NCBI GenBank assembly: GCA_947498445.1
Contig: CANMLK010000001.1
Location: 1-60,111 of the forward strand
Direction: 5' to 3'
Length of the DNA stretch: 60,111 nt
Origin: Beijerinckiaceae bacterium
Lineage (GTDB): Bacteria > Pseudomonadota > Alphaproteobacteria > Rhizobiales > Beijerinckiaceae
In this document: positions 10,379 through 20,100 of the stretch, piece by piece
How the letters are laid out: each line of letters begins with the position of its first letter
Position numbering within the stretch: position 1 is the first letter of the stretch
Made by a program: the position numbers and the translations under genes
The notes under the pieces: model-generated
The model's input: only the letters and a program-made list of their open reading frames with translations
What the model was told of the DNA's origin: nothing
The model's database searches: none

Positions 10379-11383
10379 TTACTTCATCGCTTCCATGGCG
10401 CGCTCGATGATCTCCTTCGGCGCGTTGAGAATGTCGGCGGCGATCTTTTGCACTTCAACGCCAGGCGTCGGCTCAATTTCGAGCTTGCGTTTGTCGGCGT
10501 CCGCCAGAAACGCCTTGTCCGCGACCATCTTGTCGAACGCGCCGCGCAGTGTCGCAAGGCGGTCAGCCGGCACGCCGGGCGGTGCGATCAGCGCGCGGCC
10601 GATTGCGGCGCCGGCGGACGCGAATTCGATGACTTTCTTCTGCTGCGGGTCGCTGACAAGCTCCTGCATCAGCGGCACGTTCGCCAGCTCGCTGTTGCGC
10701 TTGAGTCCGCCCTGAATGAGCGGCAAAAATTCCCCCGCCTGAATGGCGCCCATGTGGGTCGCGCGCCACGAATTCCACGCGGAGGACACGAAGTCCACTT
10801 CGCCTCGCTCCAGCGCTAGAACGGAATCCGCCGAGCCCTTGTAGCCGCAAACGATCTCGAACTGGAATCCGTCCATCTCTTTCAGCATGGCCGGGTATTG
10901 GTAGCTCTGCGAATTGCGCCCCGTGCAACCTGCGACCGATTTTATCTTGCGCATCTCAGCCGGGGTTTTGGCGGGCGCGCCCTTGCGGAACACGAAGGCG
11001 GTGTTCACCGGCGCGAAGGAGCCGATGTAGGACATCTCCTGCACCTTCCATTTGCCTACTGCGGGCTCAAGAATTTGCGTATGCGCAATGGTCTCGGGGA
11101 AAAGCGCAATGACGCTGCCGTCCTTCGGCGCCTGCGCATAGAAGAACGCGGTCGCGACCACGCCACCGCCGCCGGGCCGGTGCTCCACGATGATGTTGGG
11201 GCTGCCGGGCAAGAAATTCTTCAAGTAGTCGGCGGCGAGTCGCGCATAAAGATCGTAGGAGCCGCCCGGCGGATGGCCGAGTATGATTCGCATCGTCTGT
11301 TGCTGCGCTTGCGCCACCCCGGCCAACGTAATCGCAGCCGCCGTCATGGCCGCCGCAGCGGCTGATTTGAACGTGACGTTCAT
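10379..11383 (-). CDS. TctC/Bug-family substrate-binding protein
   Basis: PPGGSYDLYAR, APKDG, LALERGEVD and APPGVP motifs. Start moved to ATG 11383 after a GGGAG RBS. Confidence 0.9.
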   Translation of the reverse strand: MNVTFKSAAAAAMTAAAITLAGVAQAQQQTMRIILGHPPGGSYDLYARLAADYLKNFLPGSPNIIVEHRPGGGGVVATAFFYAQAPKDGSVIALFPETIAHTQILEPAVGKWKVQEMSYIGSFAPVNTAFVFRKGAPAKTPAEMRKIKSVAGCTGRNSQSYQYPAMLKEMDGFQFEIVCGYKGSADSVLALERGEVDFVSSAWNSWRATHMGAIQAGEFLPLIQGGLKRNSELANVPLMQELVSDPQQKKVIEFASAGAAIGRALIAPPGVPADRLATLRGAFDKMVADKAFLADADKRKLEIEPTPGVEVQKIAADILNAPKEIIERAMEAMK

Positions 11384-11629
11384 CAGTCGTCTCCCTTCCT
11401 TGTGGCCGTTCGGCCTTGCCTTCAAGATCGATGCATTTTCTTGGTGTCAGGATGGCGCTACAGTTCAGTCGTTGCGCAAATTTGGAGCTCTCGCAAGAGA
11501 GTTCCGAAGCTGTAATCTTCTGACGGCGCGTATGGACGCCATTTGTTGCGTTCTTACAGGTCTTCCTGTAGCGAAGCAACCAAACGCAAGGGTGCGTTGA
11601 GCGCCCGCCATGATCGGAATGGGGAGAGA

Positions 11630-13993
11630 ATGAACAAGCCGTTTTCGCTGGAATTCGCCTCCATCGGCAAGGCCGTGCGTCGCAAGGAAGATGAGCGCCT
11701 TGTGACCGGCAAGGGCCGGTTCACCGACGATTTCAGCATCGAAGGGCAGACCCATGCCGTCATGGTGCGCTCGCCTCATCCTCATGCGCGCATTGTCTCC
11801 GTCGACAAGGCGCCCGCGCTTGCCATGCCCGGCGTCCTTGGCGTGTTTACGGGCGCCGACTGCCTCGCCGACAACCTTGGCGCGATTCCCCACGATCCGA
11901 TCCCCAAAACCAAATACGACATGAAGCTGACGGGCCCCGGCGCCACGTCGATTTTCATCGGCCCGCACATGCTTCTGCCGCACGACAAGGCCCGTCATGT
12001 GGGTGAGGCCGTCGCCATGGTCGTTGCTGAAACCCTTGCGCAGGCGCACGACGCAGCCGAGGCGCTTGTCATCGATTACGACGTGCTGCCATTTGTTCTC
12101 GATCAGCGCGAAGCCTTTGCGAAAGACGCGCCTGCTGTGTGGGATGAATTGCCGCACAACACGCTCGTCGACACTTGGTTTGGCGATCGCGAGGGGACGG
12201 ACGCGGCGTTCGCCAAGGCCGATCATGTCGTCAAGCTCGACATCTACATTCCCCGCGTGACGGCGGCTGCATTGGAGCCGCGCGCGGCTCTGGGCCATTA
12301 CGACGCCAGGACAGGCCGGGCTGAATTGTATGTCGGCGGCGGCGGCGCAGTGCGCCAGAAGAGCGAAATCGCCTTTGTTCTGGGCCTCGATCCAAAGACC
12401 GTGCGCGTCCAGACCTATGACGTCGGCGGAAACTTCGGCTCGAAGAACCGCGTTTATGTCGAGTACGGTCTCGTCGTGTGGGCGTCGCAAAAGATTGGCC
12501 GGCCCGTGAAGTATGTGGCGACACGCCACGAAGCCTTCATCAGCGATTATCAGGGCCGCGATCTGGCGACTAGCGTCGAACTTGCGCTCAGCAAGGACGG
12601 CAAGTTCCTGGCGCTGCGTTGCGATAACATCAGCAATGCCGGTGCACGCTGCGTGTCGCTCTCGCCGCTGGGCAAGGGGTCTGGCCTCGTCACCGGCTCC
12701 TATGACATTCCTGTCGCCACGCTTCATGCGCGCGCCGTGTTTACAAATACGACGCCCACGCAGGCCTATCGCAGCTCCGGCCGTCCCGAGGTCAATTTCG
12801 CCATCGAGCGTCTGATCGATATGGCGGCGACCGATATGGGCATTGACCGCGTCACGCTGCGCCGACGCAATCTCGTCAAGCGCAAGGCGTTTCCTTACAC
12901 GAACGCGGTCGGCGCCACGTACGACAGCGGCGATTACAGCGCGCAGCTCGACCTGTCGCTGGAAATTTCGGATTACAAGGGCTTCGCCAAACGCAAGCGC
13001 GAGAGCGCAAAGCGCTGGCTGTTGCGTGGCTTTGGCCTAGGCCACTACGTCGAATCCTCCATTGGTTCGCCCAAGGAGCAGGCGCAGATCATCGTGAAGC
13101 CCGAAGGCCGCGTCACCGTGGTCATCGGCACACAGCCAAGCGGACAAGGCCATGAGACGAGCTTCGCGCAAGTGGCCGCCGATCTGCTCGGTCTGCCCGT
13201 CGACATCGTCGATATCGTGATCGGCGACACCGACGTCGTGAAGGTCGGCGGCGGCTCCCATTCCGGACGCTCCATGCGCCATGCCGCGACCGTGATGACC
13301 CGCGCGTCTGGCGATCTGATTGGCCGCGCCAGGGCGATCTGCGCCTTCGTTCTGGGCGTCGATGAAAAGGAAGTCGAATGGGAAGGCGGGCGTCTTCTGG
13401 CGCGCAACTCCAACCGCTCTTTCGATCTCATCGAACTGGCGCGTGAAGCGGCGAAAGTCGAACTGCCCGTCAATCTGAAGACGGGCCTCGCTGTCATCAC
13501 CGACAACGAGATGCACGAGCCTGTCTTCCCCAACGGCTGCGCAACCTGCGAGGTCGAGATTGATCCTGAAACTGGCTCTATCGACATCGTGCGTTACTCT
13601 GCGGTGGACGATGTCGGCCGTTGCATCAATCCGATGATCGTTCACGGCCAGACGCACGGCGGCATCGCGCAGGGCGTCGGCCAGGCGATGTGGGAATTGT
13701 GCAAGCTTGATGAAAGCTCGGGCCAGCCGCTTGCCGCGTCCTTCATGGACTACGGCATGCCGCGCGCTGACAACATGCCCTCCTTCCGCACCGAGATCGC
13801 GGAGGTGTTGTCGCCGACAAACCCGCTCGGCATCAAGGCCGGCGGTGAAGGCGGCACAACGCCAGCGCTCGGCGTCATCGTCAGCGGTATTGTGGATGCG
13901 CTTGCGCACCTGGGCGTGCGCCACATTGAAATGCCGACAACGCCGCACGCTATCTGGCGCACCATCCAGCAGGCGAAAGCTGGCAAGGCCTGA
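11630..13993 (+). CDS. Xanthine dehydrogenase/CoxL-like molybdopterin-binding large subunit
   Basis: RKEDERLVTGKGRF, GGNFG, AYRSSGRPE, SGQGHET, GQTHGG and KAGGEGG motifs. Start ATG 11630 after GGGGAG. Confidence 0.92.
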   Translation: MNKPFSLEFASIGKAVRRKEDERLVTGKGRFTDDFSIEGQTHAVMVRSPHPHARIVSVDKAPALAMPGVLGVFTGADCLADNLGAIPHDPIPKTKYDMKLTGPGATSIFIGPHMLLPHDKARHVGEAVAMVVAETLAQAHDAAEALVIDYDVLPFVLDQREAFAKDAPAVWDELPHNTLVDTWFGDREGTDAAFAKADHVVKLDIYIPRVTAAALEPRAALGHYDARTGRAELYVGGGGAVRQKSEIAFVLGLDPKTVRVQTYDVGGNFGSKNRVYVEYGLVVWASQKIGRPVKYVATRHEAFISDYQGRDLATSVELALSKDGKFLALRCDNISNAGARCVSLSPLGKGSGLVTGSYDIPVATLHARAVFTNTTPTQAYRSSGRPEVNFAIERLIDMAATDMGIDRVTLRRRNLVKRKAFPYTNAVGATYDSGDYSAQLDLSLEISDYKGFAKRKRESAKRWLLRGFGLGHYVESSIGSPKEQAQIIVKPEGRVTVVIGTQPSGQGHETSFAQVAADLLGLPVDIVDIVIGDTDVVKVGGGSHSGRSMRHAATVMTRASGDLIGRARAICAFVLGVDEKEVEWEGGRLLARNSNRSFDLIELAREAAKVELPVNLKTGLAVITDNEMHEPVFPNGCATCEVEIDPETGSIDIVRYSAVDDVGRCINPMIVHGQTHGGIAQGVGQAMWELCKLDESSGQPLAASFMDYGMPRADNMPSFRTEIAEVLSPTNPLGIKAGGEGGTTPALGVIVSGIVDALAHLGVRHIEMPTTPHAIWRTIQQAKAGKA

Positions 13994-14025
13994 CCACCAA
14001 GTTCTGACATGAACGCTTGAGGGAG

Positions 14026-14952
14026 ATGAACGTGAGCGCCCACCATATTGAACTGATCTGCTTTCCCGGCGCGCCCAACCTGCCGATTTTCGTCGCGCAG
14101 AAGAAGGGCTTGTTTGAAAAGAACGGCGTGTCGATCAATTTGACGACGACGCCTAATTCCGCGTTTCAGGCTGAAAATCTCGCGTCCGGCAAATTCCAGA
14201 TCGCAGGCACAGCGTTCGACAACGTCGTCGCCTATCAGGAAGGTCAGGGTGCCTTGCCCCTGAAGGACACGGACTTTTTCGCTTTCATGGGCGCAACGCA
14301 GGTCGAGCTCGCCTTCATCACGCAGCCCGATGTGAAGACCTATGCGGACGTGAAGGGCAAGCTGCTTGCGCTTGACGCTCTTTCCACAGGCTTCGCCTTC
14401 GCGCTTTACGAAATGCTCGAAAAGAACGGCCTGAGCAAAAGCGATTACAGCATGGCTCCTGTGGGCGCCACGCCCGCACGCTGGGAGGCCGTGAAGGCAG
14501 GAACACACGTGGGCACGCTCACCATCGAGCCGTTCACCAGCATCGCGCGCAATCAGGGCTTCACCATCCTCGACACATCGACAAATCTGTTTGAGGCCTA
14601 CCAGGGCGGGTCTTTTGCCGCCAGTCGCAAATGGGCCGCTGCAAATCCCGACGCGCTGAAGGGCTTTATCCGCGCCTATCTTGTAGGCCTGGAGTGGACG
14701 CTCGACGCCGCAAATCGTCAGGAAGCGACGGACATACTTCTTGCCAACATGCCGGAGATCAAGCCCCCCGTCGCAGGCGCGGTGATGAACTCGCTGCTCT
14801 CGCCGCGCTCAGGCCTGACGCCCGGCGCCGCGATCCTCACGGATGGCGTGAAGAGAGTGCTGGCCCTGCGCTCGAAGTATGGAACGGGCGGCGAATTGTC
14901 GAACCCGGAAAAATACATCGACCTGCAATATCTTGAAGCGGCGCAGCGCTAA
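14026..14952 (+). CDS. ABC-type substrate-binding protein, NMT1/THI5/SsuA-like
   Basis: Class II SBP pattern (VAQKKGLF, LALDALSTG, TIEPF). No obvious signal peptide. Confidence 0.75.
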   Translation: MNVSAHHIELICFPGAPNLPIFVAQKKGLFEKNGVSINLTTTPNSAFQAENLASGKFQIAGTAFDNVVAYQEGQGALPLKDTDFFAFMGATQVELAFITQPDVKTYADVKGKLLALDALSTGFAFALYEMLEKNGLSKSDYSMAPVGATPARWEAVKAGTHVGTLTIEPFTSIARNQGFTILDTSTNLFEAYQGGSFAASRKWAAANPDALKGFIRAYLVGLEWTLDAANRQEATDILLANMPEIKPPVAGAVMNSLLSPRSGLTPGAAILTDGVKRVLALRSKYGTGGELSNPEKYIDLQYLEAAQR

Positions 14953-14974
14953 ACGCAAACCCATACACTGCCTC

Positions 14975-15002
14975 AACGCCGGCCCGCTGGGTCGGCGTTT
15001 TC
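14975..15002 (+). terminator. Rho-independent terminator-like hairpin between convergent genes
   Basis: AACGCCGGCCC-GCT-GGGTCGGCGTT followed by further Ts. Confidence 0.65.
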
Positions 15003-15004
15003 AT

Positions 15005-17119
15005 TTATTCCAGCCGCACAAGCACGCTGTCGCTCGCCCCCTTGGCGTCGATCACCGAAACGCGCGCGAAGCCTGCGCCATCGGGCGTCCACGTCGCCTG
15101 TCTGCGCAATTCGGGCGCGCCGGTTGGCGCCCCGTTCACCATCCAGCGAAACGGCGGCGTACCGCCGAGATTCTTCAACGCCAGCGCGCTCTGCTCGCCT
15201 TTGACGAGGCCCAGATCGACGCGCGCGCCATCGGGCGGGAAGGCGATCTTGAGTTGCGCCGTCTGCGCAGCGCTTGTGACGTTTCGCGAACCATCCCGCC
15301 CGATGCGCCGCAGCGGCGGCGGCAATTGCGCGTTGGCCGCCACAAGCACGCCGGGAGGGCGCGCAACGGGCTCGTAATTGGCGCCCGCGCGCGCAAAGGC
15401 GTCGAACAAAACAGGCGCAGCCGCTTGTCGCGCAAGCAGGCCCGGCACAGCGCCATTGTCAGCGCGGCCAAACCAAACGGCGATCGTCAGATTGGCGTCA
15501 AAGCCGACAGCTACCGCATCGCGAAAGCCGTACGACGTGCCCGTCTTGTACGCGAGCCTGCCCGCAGGCGCGTTGGCGGGCGGCGGGGCGCCGCGCAGCA
15601 CGTCGGCCACATACCAGCAGGCGACCGGCTCACACACGCGTTGCTCACGCGGCGCAGGGCGCGGCATATCGAGCCGCTCGACCAGATCAGGCGCCTCGCC
15701 GCCGCGCGCAAGCGCCGCATAAAGCCGCGCGAGATCGACAAGCGAAACGCCAAGGCCCCCAAGGCCAATAGCAAGGCCGGGCGCGCCGTCCGGCAACACC
15801 GGATTGGCGCCCGCATTGCGCAAGCGCGCAAGCAACCGAGCCGGGCCCACTTCCGAAAGCAGCGTAACCGCAGGGATATTCAGCGATTGCTGAAGCGCTG
15901 TGCGAACGCTCACCTGCCCCTGAAACGTGAGATCGAAATTTTCCGGCGCATAAACGCCAAAGCGTGACGCGCGATCTTCCATCATGGTTTCGGGATGCGC
16001 GGCGCCGTTTTCAAACGCCAGCGCATAGATGAACGGCTTCAGCGCGGAGCCCGGCGAGCGCAACGCGTTCGTCATGTCGATGGCGCCCGCGCGCTCGGCC
16101 GAAAAATAGTTCGCTGATCCCACACGCGCGCGGATTTCGCCGGTGCGATTGTCGATGGCGACAATGGCGGCGGTGACCTTAGGCCCCAGCCGCTCGCCCG
16201 CTTCCTGCGCCAGTTGCTCCAGCGCAATTTGCAACTTCTGCTCGTATGTAAATTGCAGAACGCGCTTGTGGGGCGACGCTTTCTGAGCGGCCTCGGCCGC
16301 GTGCGCCGCGATCATCGGAAACATCTTGCGTTGCGTTGGCACAGGCTCAGCCTTCGCAGCAATTGCTTCAGCGCGCGTGATCACGCCATAGCGCGCTGCA
16401 CGATCAAGCACGCGATTGCGCGCTGCGCGTGCGGCGTTCGCGTTGCGGTCTGGTCTGCGGGCCTCGGGTGATTGCGGAAGCGCAACCAGCAGAGCCTGTT
16501 CTGCAGTCGTTAGCCGCTTCGGCTCCTTGCCAAAATACGCCACGCTCGCCGCGCGCAAACCCTCTAGATTTCCGCCATAGGGAGCCAGCGCGAGATAAAT
16601 ATCGACGATCTCAGCTTTGCTGAACCGCCGCTCGAGTTCCACGGCGCGCGCCATCTGGCGCAATTTAGCTGACGCCGTGCGCTGATCGCGCGGCTCAAGC
16701 AAACGCGCCGCCTGCATGGTGAGCGTCGAGCCGCCGGAAATCACGCGTCCATTGCGCGCAAACTGAAACGCCGCTCGCGCCAGCGCCCGTGTATCAACGC
16801 CGTTGTGCGATTCAAATCTACGGTCCTCGTAAACCTGCAGCATGGCGAGAAAACGCGGATCGACGTCGGCGCGCGTCACGGGAAGGCGCCAGCGTCCGTC
16901 ATCGGTCGTGAACGCGCGCAGCAAGCGCCCGTCGCGATCCACGGCAATGGTCGAGCCATCATCGAGTTGTGAAAGATCGAGCGGTCCCAGGCTGCGCTTC
17001 ACGCTCTCCCAAGTGAACGGAATCGCGAGACTTGCCGTCGCCAGCACGCCAAAGGCGGCGGCGAAGAGCCTTTTGCTCTTCGCGCGCTGTGTCGTCGCAA
17101 TTGGCAGCTTTGCGTTCAT
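15005..17119 (-). CDS. pbpC: Penicillin-binding protein 1C
   Basis: Transglycosylase EDRRF..H.G and GGSTLTMQ; transpeptidase SALK, SLN and KTGT; C-terminal BiPBP_C domain; coupled to the A2M gene. Confidence 0.95.
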   Translation of the reverse strand: MNAKLPIATTQRAKSKRLFAAAFGVLATASLAIPFTWESVKRSLGPLDLSQLDDGSTIAVDRDGRLLRAFTTDDGRWRLPVTRADVDPRFLAMLQVYEDRRFESHNGVDTRALARAAFQFARNGRVISGGSTLTMQAARLLEPRDQRTASAKLRQMARAVELERRFSKAEIVDIYLALAPYGGNLEGLRAASVAYFGKEPKRLTTAEQALLVALPQSPEARRPDRNANAARAARNRVLDRAARYGVITRAEAIAAKAEPVPTQRKMFPMIAAHAAEAAQKASPHKRVLQFTYEQKLQIALEQLAQEAGERLGPKVTAAIVAIDNRTGEIRARVGSANYFSAERAGAIDMTNALRSPGSALKPFIYALAFENGAAHPETMMEDRASRFGVYAPENFDLTFQGQVSVRTALQQSLNIPAVTLLSEVGPARLLARLRNAGANPVLPDGAPGLAIGLGGLGVSLVDLARLYAALARGGEAPDLVERLDMPRPAPREQRVCEPVACWYVADVLRGAPPPANAPAGRLAYKTGTSYGFRDAVAVGFDANLTIAVWFGRADNGAVPGLLARQAAAPVLFDAFARAGANYEPVARPPGVLVAANAQLPPPLRRIGRDGSRNVTSAAQTAQLKIAFPPDGARVDLGLVKGEQSALALKNLGGTPPFRWMVNGAPTGAPELRRQATWTPDGAGFARVSVIDAKGASDSVLVRLE

Positions 17120-20100
17120 CAGCGACGCTCGCCAACCTCGATTTCGCCTGTGCCCGTGCGGCCAAATCGTTGCGGACGATACATGTCCTCGATAATAGCC
17201 GCCGGATGAACATAGCGCCCGGGCGTCACTGCGCGCACGACATACGACACATTGAACGTCGCGCGCTCGCTGCCGCTACGCGAGAACGCCGCGACGAAAC
17301 GATCATCGCGATATTCTGTGTGTTGCGGTTCGACATTCGCCTTGGCGAAGGCGAGCGCTTCGGTCTTGCCGCCGTCAAACAGGCGGGGATTGTCAATCTC
17401 CAGCCCGGCCGGCAGGCGATCAACCAGAAGCAGCCGTGCGAAAGCCGCCTCGCTTTCCGTTACCTTCAGCACAACGACGAAGCGGTCGTTCTGGCGCAGT
17501 GTCGCAGGGTCTTTCGGCTTGCCATCAAGCGTGAAATAACTGCGCTCGACCTGATAGCCTTGCGCCAACGGCGGCTCGATCTGCGCGGGGTGGCCCGCTG
17601 TTGTCAGCACAATGCTCGCGGGAGACGAGCTTGTATTGACGATGCTGGTCGCGCCGACATCAAGGTCCGCTGCTTTCCATGTGCGATAGAGCGGACCCGC
17701 GTGCGCCTGGCCGTTGAGCGAGAGGGACATGTTCTGTCCATCGCGCGACAGCGCCGCGGCGGCGAGCACCATCCAGTTCATCTCCTGCGTGGAGAGCATT
17801 GTCGTCGCGTTGCGCTCGGTCTGCACGATGCCCCCGGCAAGCTGGATCAGCGAGGCGTCGGCGCCGGCTTCCGCTGCAAGCGCAAGAAGCCCCGCGCCAT
17901 CACGCAAGCGCGATCCGTAATCGCCCCGGGAGAAGCGGTCCCGCTGCTGCGCCCGCAATTGTGCGCCCGCGTTGTTGAACACGGTCTGCGCGCGCGCCTT
18001 GTCGCCCAGCATCGCCAACGCAGCGGCCAACTGTGCGCGCGCAAGGCCTGTTTCGAACACGGAGAGCTTGGCGTCGACGAGATAGCGCAGGTCGCCCATG
18101 ACGGGTCGTCCGTTGCGCGCCAGCACATACATCGCATAGGCGATTTCAGGCGCCTTGGCCTTGTCAACGTCGCCGGAATTGGCGACCTGATTGCGCAGCC
18201 GGTCAAGCGCCTGATCAAAAGCGCGTTGCGGCACAGTGTGTCCCGCTTCGCGCGCCCGCGTCAGGAAGTCCGTCGTGAACGCGTCGAGCCAGAGATCGTT
18301 GCCCGCCTCCTCGGCGGACCACAAGCCGAACGCGCCGCTTGAATCCTGCCGCGTCATCACACGATCAATGGAGTCACGAATACGTTGCTCGACGCCATCG
18401 TCAAGCGCCAGCATCTGCTGGCTTGCGATCTTGTTGACGTAGAGCAGCGGCATCGCGCGGCTCACCGTTTGTTCGGTGCAGCCGTAGGGGTAGCGGTCAA
18501 GCGACTGCAGTAGCGCAGGCGCATCAAGCCCCGCCCACGGCGACGCGGCCAAAGATACCGCGCCGACGCCGGGCAGGAAATCAGCCATGATTTCGCTCGA
18601 AATGCGCAGGCTTTCGCCGGGCGCGAGATTGCGCACGATGCGGCGATGAATCTCGCCTGAGCCCGGCTTCACGTCGATGGCGAAGCTTTGTGTGGCGTCG
18701 AGGCCCGGCCCGCGCAGCCGCATGTCGATCACAGCGCGGCCAATTCCGCCTGCAACCACCGGGATGCTGATCGACTCGCGGCCCTTGGCGGCGAGTTTGA
18801 TCGTGCGGCGCAAGGCGTCTGCGGAGATGGAGACGGGCCCGCGAACATCAAGGTCCATGATGTAATCGCCCGCTGGCCCTTCAATGTTGTCGACTTGTAC
18901 ATGGAAGCGGGAGCGGTCGCCCAGCGCAAGAAAGCGCGGCAACGTGGCCTGCGCCACAACAGGATCGCGAATAATGAGATCACGCGCGGCTTCGCCAACT
19001 TTGCCGCGTGCCCATGCAACCGCCATCAGCCGCGCTGCGCCATTGAATGCGGGAATATCGAACGTAATGTTGGCGACGCCATCGGCGCCGACGCGCACAA
19101 TTCCGGAATAGCGCGCAAGCGGCTCCTGCGTCGGGCGTTCACCCTGCAGGTTTGGCCCGCCGCCGTCACCGCCTGAGCGGATCGCGCCACGCGCGCCCTG
19201 CATGCCGTCAATCAGCAAGCCATAAAGATCGCGGATTTCAGCAGACAATTGCCGCTGGCCGAAGAAGTAGGACGTGGCGTTTGGCGATTCATAACGCGTC
19301 AGCGAAAGGATGCCGACGTCCACAGCCGCAAGCGTTACATAGGCTTCCTCGCCTGCCGCCAGTCCCGCAACGCGCACGGGAATCGACAGCGCCTGACGCG
19401 GCTCCATCTTCTCCGGGCCGCCAATCGAGACATCGAGCTTGCGCCCTGCGCGGTCCACGCCAAACCATGCAACGCCCATGGCGCGACCCGGCATGCGCCG
19501 CGCTTCCCTGTCCAGCGGGCGGTGTGCGAAGGCGACCGCGTAAGCGCCGGCGCCCCATTCCGCATTCACGGGCAGTTCTATTTCGTTGTCGCCAACTTTG
19601 AGATCGGCGATCCGCGTTTCGTGCAGTTTGTCGCTGACGATGGCGAGGTTCACCTTGCCTGCAAAGCGTGAGGAGATGCGCGCCTTCATCGTTGCGCCCG
19701 AGGCGTATTCCGGGCGATCGAGCGTCATTTCAAGAAGGTCTGGCGTGTCGGCTGTGGCGTCGCCGGACCAACCCACATTGAAGCGAACGCTGCTGGCGCC
19801 AAGCGATCCATCGTCGCTTGCGATTTCGAGTCGATGTGCGCCCCAGCCAACGGGCGCGCTGAAGCGTCCGCCGTCTGTCGCGTTAACAGCGACCGAACCG
19901 TCCGCAATGCGGCGCGAAGACTTGACGCGCTCAAAGCCCCAGCGGCCATCTGAATTGAACCACTGGTAATCATTGCGCACGCGATACAGCGACCAGCGCA
20001 GATTGCGTGCGGCGATGCGCGCCCCATCAGGTGAAACTGCGACAACTTCGAAGACCGCAGTGGAGCCTTCGGAGAGATTTTCAAAATTCTTGCGGATGGC

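Noticed and set aside
11630-13993. True aerobic CO dehydrogenase
   Set aside because: Lacks the AYRCSFR copper-binding motif and coxM/coxS.
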